Part shown: piece after piece, positions 53,281 through 64,000 of the stretch
Layout of the letters: every line of letters begins with the position of its first letter
Numbering within the stretch: position 1 is the stretch's first letter
NCBI GenBank assembly: GCA_964016885.1
Contig: OZ024741.1
Location: forward strand, 97,340,001 to 97,404,000
DNA length: 64,000 nucleotides
From: Eledone cirrhosa
Taxonomy: Eukaryota
Direction of reading: 5' to 3'
Notes under the pieces: model-generated
What the model was told of the DNA's origin: nothing
The model's database searches: none
What the model saw: the letters and a program-made list of their open reading frames with translations, nothing else
Program-made: the position numbers and the translations under genes

Positions 53281-54222
53281 TAGGTAAATTTGAAGAGGAG
53301 AGGGGTGCCCTTCCAGGGTGCTCTCGAAGCGTCGGGTCGTTCAGGACTGGTCGGTGGTCTTCCACTCCTATTGGGGAATTTTTTCTTGTTGTAATTTTAT
53401 TGTTACTTTATTGTTACTTTGTTATTGTTATTCATATTGTTTACTCGATTTTTCTGTAAAACCCCACTGCCCCAGTCTTTTGTATAGTCCCCTATATGTC
53501 GACCCTTGTGGCCAATAAATGAAATCATTATTATTATTATTAATATTATTATTATTATTAATATGTCTGAAGAAGAAGAAGAAGATCTAACAGGTGTGTT
53601 GTTACCCTGATCATGTTTTTATTGTCGTTTAAACCCTAGCTCAATATTGACAAGGCATGCCTAAGATCGCTGGCATGTCAAATGAACATGTAAAGACAGT
53701 CGTGTCGGCTTTTCCAGTATTGACGCTATATGTTGTTGCTATGGATATGAAAAGTTTTTGGTTGTGTCAGTGTTGGTATAGTATTTTGTTGCCATAAGAT
53801 TCGCATTTCTGTGGCAAAGGGTGGGATTAAAGTAGTTATGAAACTGCTGAGTGTGTAACATTTGGTGCCAGAGCTATAAATGATTGGAGATAGCTATGGT
53901 GGATATTTGGCTTGATGTATTTGTGTAGTTTTATAAAACTGTAGTTGCCAGTAAAGATAGCGGTGGTGTCAGTCCTATTTCATCGTTTATGTTGAGCTCG
54001 CGGTATTACGGTGTGGTGGAGTGTAATGAGTAGGTAGGTACAAATCCTATTATGTGTAGCATTATCTGGAAAGAATAAAGAAAGAGTTATTAGTGAATCA
54101 TTGGAATTTAAACGAATAACATTGTTTATGTCCGCAGAAAATGAATTTATGTCTGTTCTTCTGTCATCACAAAATACACCAGTACACACAGACAATTTTG
54201 CACGTGCAAACACGCATAACAT

Positions 54223-54259
<37 letters not shown>

Positions 54260-54625
54260 CATACATATATATACTTAAGGTCAAAGACAAATAAAAAGGA
54301 TAATAGAAAAATGCGGACACTCTCATATGCAGCTCATGCAATCATATACTGTAAATCACCACCGCTGTGCCTCTTTAATTTATTACTATAAGCCTCATGA
54401 TCTGTGAATTCCATGGATTGAAAGATTGTTAGTGAAACAGAAAAAGGGGAAAGCATTTTGAATCCTCTGATACTATGTTGGTTATGTTATTTCACATAAC
54501 AGTAAATACGTCATAACCCTGAACAATTAGCTGTATACAGTTAACCAAGGGGGCGATGCATCATCATTGCGATCAGAATCAATAATGAAATTTCATGGTT
54601 ATATTTCATTATTTGGTGTGGTTAG

Positions 54626-54809
54626 GGCGGTGGATTGGCAGTATCGGTAGAGAGTCGGACGCCATGCTTTCCAGCATAGTTACGTCCCTTTACGGTCTGA
54701 GTTCAAATCCCGTCGAGGTTAACTTTGCCTTTCATCCTTACGGGGTCGATAAAATAAAGTACCAGTAATGTACTGGTTAATTGCTGGCCTTGTGCCTAAA
54801 GTAGAAACA
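54626..54809 (+). mobile_element. Full-length SINE with 18-bp TSD
   Basis: ATTATTTGGTGTGGTTAG at 54608-54625 and 54810-54827. Confidence 0.92.
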
Positions 54810-55191
54810 ATTATTTGGTGTGGTTAGAATTGGATTTGGTCAAGGTATACTTTGACATTCATCATTCTGGGTTCGATACAACATGTATCCCATTAATTAT
54901 TTGCTTCGACATAATCGAGTATTTTCCCTGTATATAGGTGGTCTTGAGCTGAATAATATATATATATTTCTCTACAGCGGCATTTCTTGTTTGGGTTTTA
55001 TTAAATATGTGCTGATGTCCAATGAAGCTGATGTCCAGATCATTCTAATGGAGTTGTAGGTGCGGCGATTTGATATATGGTATTTCTTATGTAATTTAAG
55101 GATGATGGAACCCATTCCACTCCAGGCCTGAGCACAGCAGATACCTTCCAGCGAAAGTGAGAGAGGAAGTGAGAAACACATATAGACGAAA

Positions 55192-55350
55192 CATCAACCC
55201 CAGTACTAGACTGGTCCTATTTTTATCGACCACGAAAAGATTAAAGGCAATGTTGACCTCAGCTGGATTTGAACTCAGAGAGTAGAGAGTCGAAAGTTAT
55301 ACCACACAGCATTCTATCCGGCTTTCTAATAACTCTGCCAATTCGCCGCC
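55192..55350 (-). mobile_element. Older SINE copy
   Basis: Diverged head and body of the same SINE superfamily. Confidence 0.7.
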
Positions 55351-56395
55351 TATTGAAGATATATAAGCAAATACATATAGAACTCACTACACAAAATAGA
55401 GTTACATTGAATATTCAAATGTCTTTTGTTGTTATGACAATGGACAAAGAAGGAAAAGGCACGGGCTCTAGTGTCACAGAAGAATTGGGAGGGGGATAGG
55501 GAGGGCGAAGGGGAGTGTTATGGATAGGGGAGGTCTCTGGACCTAGTGCGCAGCGGTATTGAGTCTACGTTTCACGGACAAGACCGCCAAAGCAATCAAT
55601 GTCATAATCGAAATAATATTTAGAAATAACATTTTGAACATCTCTATATATATGCATGATGGTAGAGTAAAAAAAAATTATGAGAGAGAAAATAACCACG
55701 GGCCCGCAATTCGCAATTTATTCTTCCGTGAAGTACAGTGGGTGGAAGATGAAGAGTGGTGGGGGGCACTGAACAAATATCTTACGGCATATGCTTACAT
55801 TCATATTGATGTCTTATATATTGAAAATATATAAAACATATATATCCTCGTGTGTAGAGAATTTATTCATCAGAAAATATAGATATCAATTGACATCAAT
55901 CAGGATTGTTATCATTCACATGCTCATTTTACGCTTCCAAGTTTAACCGTAAATGTATTCAAGCATGTAAATGGTGTGTTTCCATATATCTTGACGCACT
56001 TATGTAATAATTGGAGTGTACGGATGTAAGCGAGTTTAACATTCGTGATAATGGATGTATGTTCTTTTTATAAACTTACTGACATTTATAAATTTTCGAA
56101 AGTATTAGGATTAATAAGGATATACTTAATACTGCTTATGGTTTTCTTAAATATAGGACCGTTTATATCTTCGCTTTTAACATTAACAAGTCTAGATAAT
56201 AGCCTAATCTTAAATACTTAATAGGTGAACACGCAGATTATAAAGATATGAATATGAACTTACCACAACAATTTACAAAACAATATAAAGTGGTAGATTA
56301 TTCCGCTGTCGTTGCAATAGTAAAACCAACACCATTAGAAGGAAATATATATTTTAGATATTAGGCACTTATATGACTTTCGATTAATACAAACA

Positions 56396-56488
<93 letters not shown>

Positions 56489-56837
56489 ATGGGTGTGTGT
56501 GCCTTTATATAGAAAGTTGTTTCTCTATAGATACAACGTGTGTCATCAATACTGCACTGATGGCTATAAACATATACATATATAATATATACGCTTGTAA
56601 ATATACAACAAATTACGAATTTCCCTGTATATTGAAAAAATGATAAATGTCCATAATCGATTTTTGGATGTTATTGAACCTTTATCAGAAGACTTGTATA
56701 TCATCCAATAAACCATGCATTGGATGGGTACATAGACACCTTCGATCTTAGTACTTTTCAGAAATGAGTATATAAATTTCCATATAATCAGTGCTGGTGT
56801 TGATAATTAACTAATATATATTTGGGTGAGTGGGAAA

Positions 56838-57008
56838 GTCGATTAGATGAACCCCATTATGTTACTGGTGCCTTATTTTATCCACCCCGTTCGGATGAAA
56901 TTAAAAGTCAAACCTCGGTCGGATTTGAAGTCAGAACGCTAAGGACAATAACTCTATGCCGCCAAGCATGATGGCCGGCATTCAACCAGTTCTGCCAATC
57001 CACCACCC
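56838..57008 (-). mobile_element. Older SINE copy
   Basis: Diverged head and body with a different 3' part. Confidence 0.7.
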
Positions 57009-58046
57009 TCTTTATTGAGGTGTTAATATATATTATTATATAAAGAATATGTAAAAATATGGCTGCACGTCGGTGGTTAGTTGGTTATTTGAAATCCAGT
57101 GTAGGCGTATGTTTTATGCCTTGTTTAGGTTCGAGCTTGGTTTTGATTTTCTTGTATTTAATTACAGGTTAGCGCAATCGACAGTCTTACATGCAAACAT
57201 GTAGTAATCACTTGAATGTTCATATGAGGGATAAATCGCTTCGTTGTTCGAGCTTCTCTAATAAACACAGTCGGAATGATATCCATTAATATTTGCCATT
57301 GTATATGTATTGAACTGAATATTTTCATAAGCGTGAACGTAAGTATCTATATAATATATTGAAGTGTATCAATGAGTTTAACATGTTGTGATGTTTACGA
57401 TATTTTGTTTTTATAAATCTTTTAAGGAATATTATAGATATTTCGAGCAATTATATCTAATATGAGTATGCGTCATACTACTTACAGCATTCTTTCTAAA
57501 ACGAAGCCTCCTCTTAGTTTTAACATTTTCATGTTTATATAATGCTACAATCCTAAAGTCTGAATGGATGTGAACTTAAATATTAAAGTTATTGATATAA
57601 ATCTACAATATATATCTTAAAACCATTTTCAAAATAAGACAAAATGGAAGAGATTATTATACAAAACTTTGAATATTTATCTTAAGAGATTAATGTAATA
57701 AACTACGTTAGAATACGATATATACACTTTATCATTTTCAATATATATGCTGTTTGTGTAAATTGGTTACTTGATATATATATATATATATATGTATATA
57801 TCAAGTTTGAAATTACACCTAATTGTGTATGGTTGACGGTATATTTAGTCGGTTTCCACATGCTGTTAAAATGTTGGATAAATAATCTATCGGGGCCAAC
57901 GCGAAGAGGCCGCTTTCGGTTATTTGTCGAAAATTTCTACATAGGAGCATTTATTCTTGGTCTAATTGATTTTTATATGGTTAATTATGCTAATTGGGAG
58001 AGGAAATAGTATATATTTTATCTAGTGATTCTAAGGACATGATTTA

Positions 58047-58075
<29 letters not shown>

Positions 58076-58077
<2 letters not shown>

Positions 58078-58240
58078 ACGAAGGAAATGTGGTAAGGAAC
58101 CAGGTGGACCATAACGCACCAAAGTACTCAATACTTGAGGTAGTAGAGTGGGTAATAGGAACCAGTAAGACCCCGACAGCTGAGCTCAAGCCGTTTCGAA
58201 ACGGCTTGAGCTCAGTTGTCGGGGTCTTACTGGTTCCTAT
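58076..58240. mobile_element. Family F copy ending in a spacer-less palindrome
   Basis: Arms 58155-58197 and 58198-58240; related stub at 58305-58350. Confidence 0.8.
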
Positions 58241-58386
58241 ATATATATATAGCGAGAGAGAGAGAGGGGGGGGGGAGAAGGAGAGATAGACAGATATACA
58301 TATGAGGAAAAGAGTCAGGAAACCGACGGCTGAACTCCGGCTGTTTCGACATATATATATATGTGTGTGTGTGTGTATGTAAGGAA

Positions 58387-58454
<68 letters not shown>

Positions 58455-58458
<4 letters not shown>

Positions 58459-58637
58459 TAAAATAACAGATTAAAGTTTAAGCAACGAATCGCTGAGGGT
58501 GACAGCAGCGATTCTGTGCTTAAACTTTAATCTGTTATTTTAATAAATATTTGCCCTACGGTTTTTATATATTTGATATATATTTATACATATCTAGCCC
58601 TCTTTAGATTTTAGTCTTCACATTTATTATTATTACT
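58455..58637. mobile_element. Family E fold-back copy
   Basis: 58455-58495 is inverted at 58506-58548; TA flanks. Confidence 0.75.
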
Positions 58638-58835
58638 ATATATATATATATAAAAATGAAAAGTGTAGAAATGATTGTAGCAAGAAGCCAACAGTATTCC
58701 ATAATATATATAAGTGACTAGCGTCAAAATGGAAAAATACTTAACGTAAGATGTGTGAAAATAATTCAAACTCAATTCAAAAAGAATCAGGATATAGATT
58801 CATCCACATAATATATATATATAGATTCATCCACA

Positions 58836-58881
<46 letters not shown>

Positions 58882-58886
<5 letters not shown>

Positions 58887-59953
58887 GACAGGGGGGAAGA
58901 AAAAAATGGCTTCACTTGTGCTTTCAACAAATTTATTTCCTTCACAAAATCCAAAAAGAGTTTTTCTCCGGATTAGAAAAAAAAAAAAAAAAAAAAAATG
59001 TTTATAAATTAGGTCGTTGGTTGTTGGTTAGGTCTTAGGAGTTCTTGGTTAACGTAGGAGTATTGTTTCGTTTTTAGAAAGACCTTTCACGCTGAGGTGC
59101 CGTTGTCAAACTGATGTGTATGTCGTGTGTTGTTCTATATATAGGGATTTAACATGTTTGTGGTGTGGTGGGTTTTTTTTTTCTCCCTCTTTAATAAGTG
59201 TAGGGGTGTAGGTGTGTTGAAAAAATGTTAATAGCAGTGATGAGTTGAGACATTGAGTAGGGTTGGGTGGGGGGTAATGTAGCAAGCGCCGCCTGCCCCG
59301 GTCATTCTCGAAAAATTCCTTTATTCAGGGGAAAAAAGCTTTTAGTATTCCTTTGTATCGAAAATGGTCATAGGCAAACCGCATCTGCAAGCTTGTAAAC
59401 AATTATTTTTTTCTGAAGAATTTTTCTACGTCCATCCCAAAATTGGTCCTTTGTTCAACACACACATATGTGCGTATACACGTACATACACACACGGGCA
59501 TATGTAGAAATATATAGGCACACACCATCAATTACACACCCATGTACATATACATCCACATACATACATAAAAACATATAAAGAAACATATAAAAACACA
59601 TATACACATACGTAGACACACGAATATGTACCCATACCTCCACATGGGTATATATATATATATATATATACATACATATACATATATATACACACATAAA
59701 GATACATAACTAAATATACATATATACACATACACACATACATACACACACACACATACACACCCATATATATATATATAGAGAGAGGCATACACACACA
59801 CATAAATATATATATATACACATAAACACATACAAACACATACACACATATACATATATATACACATATATATATATTTATATATATATATATATACACA
59901 TACACATACACATACAAACACATACATACACACATACATACATACACATACAT

Positions 59954-60014
<61 letters not shown>

Positions 60015-60081
60015 CATACATATACATACATATATATATATATATATATGTACACACAAACACATAAAGACACATATATAC

Positions 60082-60122
<41 letters not shown>

Positions 60123-60258
60123 TATACATCTACATACATACATACGTATACACATACAGAAACATACATATACGTGCACACATATATACATATATGCACA
60201 TACATACACACACACATATATAGATACATACATATACATACACACACTTATAAACATA

Positions 60259-60292
<34 letters not shown>

Positions 60293-61207
60293 CAAATATA
60301 CACATACATACATATACATGTACATATATATACATACACACATATATATATACATACACACACACATACATACACACATCCATACATATATATACACACA
60401 CATACACACACCCACATACATAGATACCCACACGTACATACATCCATACATACCTACACATATATATGTGTGTGTCTCACCGTTCACTCAGATATTCATG
60501 TGTACACATAACAAGAGGGGGGTGGTAGTGAAATGGAATTTTACCTCCGAGTGTTAATTCATTTTTTCGTGTTCAGTAGTGGTTTAAATTTTTCAATGAA
60601 GAATTCTTCTTTATATCTGCGGAAATGTTCGTTATCCGACCATATCTTGAAGAAAGGGAAGATTGTGAATTTTTCCTTCCCGCATGATGCAAAGTGTGCG
60701 CTACATGTGGTATTTCTGACTGTGGGGTCTTTAATCTGTTGTTTATGTACCCGGACTCTATCATGTAGTCCCATTCCGGTTTCCCCAATGTAATACTCTT
60801 TACACTGTGGACATGTTGCGCAATATATTAGGTTTTTCGTTTGCATTGACCTTGAAATTATCATGGTTTTTGAAGGACAACTGTTTGCCCTCTTCGATGA
60901 GTTCACAGGTTCCACATCTAGAGTCCCCGCATTTCGTCACTTGCATTGATTCCATGTTGGTCGTAAATTTTGCCTTGGTAATTAGTTTTTTAAGGTTGGG
61001 TGCTTGGCGTCTGCTATGAATTATCTGTGTGTTTTTTAAGAGTGCATTCATGTTGGTAGATTGCTGTAGAATCGGGAGATACTGCTTAGCAGTTTTCACA
61101 GACAAAAATTTTCTAATCCGGAAAAAAACTCTTTTGTGATTTTGTGAAGAAAATAAATTTGTTGAAAGCACAAATGAAGCCATTTTCTTCTTCCCCCCTG
61201 TCTTAAT
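58882..61207 (-). mobile_element. Penelope-like element (Neptune/Naiad-type linker) with inverted terminal segment
   Basis: RRQAPNLKKL, KCGDSRCGTC, NLIYCATCPQCKEYYIGETG...RVRVH, EEFFIEKFKPLLN at 60559-61100; arms 58882-58980 and 61109-61207. Confidence 0.9.
59458..60475. repeat. ~1-kb compound (CA/TA)n microsatellite inside the PLE 3' region
   Basis: Direct observation. Confidence 0.95.
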
Positions 61208-61243
61208 ATACCTAACTGTACCAAGGATTAAACACATTTTCCA

Positions 61244-61279
<36 letters not shown>

Positions 61280-61348
61280 AAAAAGAGATGAAATCGAAAA
61301 TGCAACTGGAGTCTTATTTTTTTTTTAAATATATATATTTATTTGGTT

Positions 61349-61386
61349 CCTTTACCGGTTTCGCAATTCTTCTGCTTTTCAAAAGG
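61349..61386 (-). ncRNA. Hammerhead ribozyme, U3-A8 core variant (mirror copy)
   Basis: Reverse complement of 61441-61478 with one G-U pair in stem II. Confidence 0.68.
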
Positions 61387-61440
61387 TGAGTTGAGATGGA
61401 GGGTCTGTGAGAAAAACCACAGACCCTCCATCTCAACTCA

Positions 61441-61478
61441 CCTTTTGAAAAGCAGAAGAACTGCGAAACCGGTAAAGG
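61441..61478 (+). ncRNA. Hammerhead ribozyme, U3-A8 core variant
   Basis: cctt-TTGAAAA-gcag/aagaa/ctgc-GAAA-ccgg-TA-aagg followed by AATAAA. Confidence 0.72.
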
Positions 61479-61609
61479 AACCAAATAAATATATATATTT
61501 TTTTAAAAAATAAGACTCCAGTTGCATTTTCGATTTCATCTCTTTCTCTTTATACTTTCACTCGTGTAGGACAACTCGGTTATTTTTCATTTTGTAAAAA
61601 ACACCTCAC

Positions 61610-61671
<62 letters not shown>

Positions 61672-61891
61672 ATATATATACTTCCATAAACGCTGTCAAT
61701 TCTCTGGTATATTTATGGTGAATATGATCATTAAACACGAAGCGTTAATTTACCACTTAAGATTTATCATAAGTGTTCTCTTAAGAAAGCACAACATCAA
61801 GAGAACTAAACAGAAAAATCACCCACTTCATTCATGGGTGATGTTTTGATTGTTATCACAGTTTGCCCACGGTAAGAATATGATTGGAAAG

Positions 61892-61959
<68 letters not shown>

Positions 61960-63298
61960 GTGTGTGTGTGTGTGTAAGTTTATATCCATATATGCATATA
62001 TATATATATATAAAATTAAGGATACTATTTATGGTTATGTATATACTAAAACTTTTTATAGTTATGTATATTTTAAACCCTAAACAGTGAAGGTCAGTAA
62101 TTAACTCCCCTTAATTACACACACACATACTTCTGGATAATAAACCGCTGTAAATTTTCGCAGCAGAATCAACCTATTCTATAAATTTGGATTAAATAAC
62201 ACCGAGCCGCAATAAGCTAAAATAATTTAATTTAATGCATCAAACATCCAATACGGAATAATCGTTACTTATGTGATGGATGTAAAAACCATAAATTACT
62301 TTTTCTGAACGTGAAAATGGTGGTGGATACGAAAACCATAACTTTCTTTTGCTTCTCCTTTTTATTTTTATTTTTATTTTTCTGCACACATACTTTTTTA
62401 TTATATACAAAAAATACCTTACCACTACAACCACGATAATACTCTTACTTACCCGCTTAAAGTACTTGTATTACATGTAACACTCTGCTACACAATAATC
62501 ATATATAAATGAGACACACTTGCATGCCCCACGTGTAACTAACGCATACACTAACTACTACATCTGAATAACAAACTATCCTCTTGCATTATCTGTGTTA
62601 ACTGCCGAATGTATCTTAATTTTGTTTTAATTTTAATTATGATTTTGATTTTGAATTTGAATTGCTATACAGAAATAGTATATGTCACTCCACTGTTCAT
62701 CAATATATATGTGTGTGTCTGTATGTCTCTTGCGTTGGAAAGGAGGTCAATTATGTGTACAAACATTGAAAAATGCTCCGGAGACGCCAAGCCTAGGTTT
62801 GGATGAAACACTTTAAGTGAATAAATGCTTTGAACGTAGCTTTGATTCTTGTGATTCTATATATATATATATATTTATAACCAAGAAAATATGCTCACTG
62901 TGAACGTCGAGAATATTATGTATTTTATTACATTACTGATGATTCCATTCTTTTCCGCTGTCGACAAAAGTGGAAATATACTTTTACTTGGGACGGTATG
63001 TACCTGGCAAATATAACAGGTGTGGTAAGTGTAAAGATGCAGATATAACATCCAGTTCATTCAAATTTTTTTTCAGGAAATGAATGTTTATGTAGTGATA
63101 AATCAGGCAGTCCAGATGATATCCTCGCCTGTTGAAGAACTACATTTTTATTAGCTCTGTCTCCCCCTCTCTATTTCTCTCTCACTTTATTTCGTTATAC
63201 TTATCCTCTCTCCTGAGATTTAGTGCACTCTCTCTCTTGCTCAGTTTCTTACTAATTCACAATCTCTTTTTCTCTCTCTACATGTCGCATACCCACAA

Positions 63299-63384
<86 letters not shown>

Positions 63385-64000
63385 TCTCTTTCTCTCTCCC
63401 TCTCTATATATCTTACACCATGTATTTTATATCTTGAGAAATATAGTTTTTAAAAAAGTTGGTCCGATGTATAAATTAACTTCAATATCATTATACCATT
63501 TATTTGGTTTTGTTAAGGCCGGCAGTAAATATTATTATTGAGAAAAAGAAAATACTTTGTTGGATAATTGATATAGCCGCAATAGGTTATAAAGTCTGTG
63601 AAAAGGAATCATTTGAATGTATTCAGAGCATATTTGAGAAGTTTACTCAATGATGAACATGTAAAAGCTTAAAGTCCCGTTAGTAGTATTGGGTGACTTC
63701 GGGAACAGTAAGAGCAACAATACAGCAATCGAAAGTGAAATATTTAAATTAGGATAAATTGAGTTAATTTTTCACAAAACGTTATTAAAAAAAAGTTATA
63801 TTCTGAGTATAGTTGTTGAAATATAAGGGAAATAAAAGTATCTGTAATATATTTTCACATATTTGTAAACTCTATCCTTCCACTATATATCCGGCATAAA
63901 GCGTCTTCAGTTGAACGAGGTCATAATAACTGTACATAATTTAGTCACGATGTCAGCAAATTCTGGAAAGGGAATTAATTTTAATCGACTACATTACGTT

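Larger units (their letters stand above)
48058..53526 (+). mobile_element. Near full-length Tx1/L1-clade LINE, inactivated
   Basis: 5' UTR, ORF1, ORF2 and 3' UTR ending in AATAAA; (ATT)n on both flanks. Confidence 0.92.
61276..61615. mobile_element. Family G fold-back element, near-perfect hairpin
   Basis: Arms ~61276-61409 and ~61418-61552, then a unique 3' tail; TA flanks. Confidence 0.88.

Noticed and set aside
59075-59115. Possible second U3-A8 hammerhead on the minus strand (TTGACAA..GAAA)
   Set aside because: Stems I and II pair poorly and there is only a single copy.
59455-60557. Long ORFs of 169-309 aa ([12 protein letters not shown]-rich), and similar ones at 29150-29667, 33291-34384 and 43878-44364
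   Set aside because: Translations of dinucleotide microsatellites that lack stop codons by construction.
60559-61100. Selenoprotein-type (in-frame UGA) Penelope ORF
   Set aside because: No in-frame UGA at Cys positions in the visible fragment; the break near 60840 is a small deletion frameshift.
61276-61615. MITE or pre-miRNA interpretation of the hairpins
   Set aside because: Arms are asymmetric, inversion points differ among copies and the arms contain HHRs, which fits retroelement fold-back better.

Overview
AT-rich, microsatellite-dense animal (eukaryotic) DNA with no host protein-coding gene that I can support. The tRNA-headed SINE and the (TA)n/(CA)n load resemble octopus/coleoid cephalopod DNA; this is an inference from recalled repeat style, not a database result. 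The window is almost entirely retroelement debris: two R4/Dong-like RLE LINEs, a CRE-like LINE, RTE LINEs plus a short non-autonomous RTE derivative, a near full-length Tx1/L1-like LINE, a CR1-like RT fragment, many SINE copies and several Penelope-like (GIY-YIG) remnants. Two signals stand out. (1) At least seven unrelated short non-coding repeat families carry type I hammerhead ribozymes (HHR), sit inside (TA)n tracts and mostly form fold-back or tandem structures. They include a near-identical 466-bp HHR tandem array (retrozyme-like) and a family with a compensatory U3-A8 core. (2) One Penelope-like copy (21692-23093) shows massive strand-specific A-to-G change (YIGET becomes CMGGT), which looks like an ADAR hyper-edited RNA that was reverse transcribed into the genome. 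Element boundaries are hand-estimated, and family letters A-I are my own labels.
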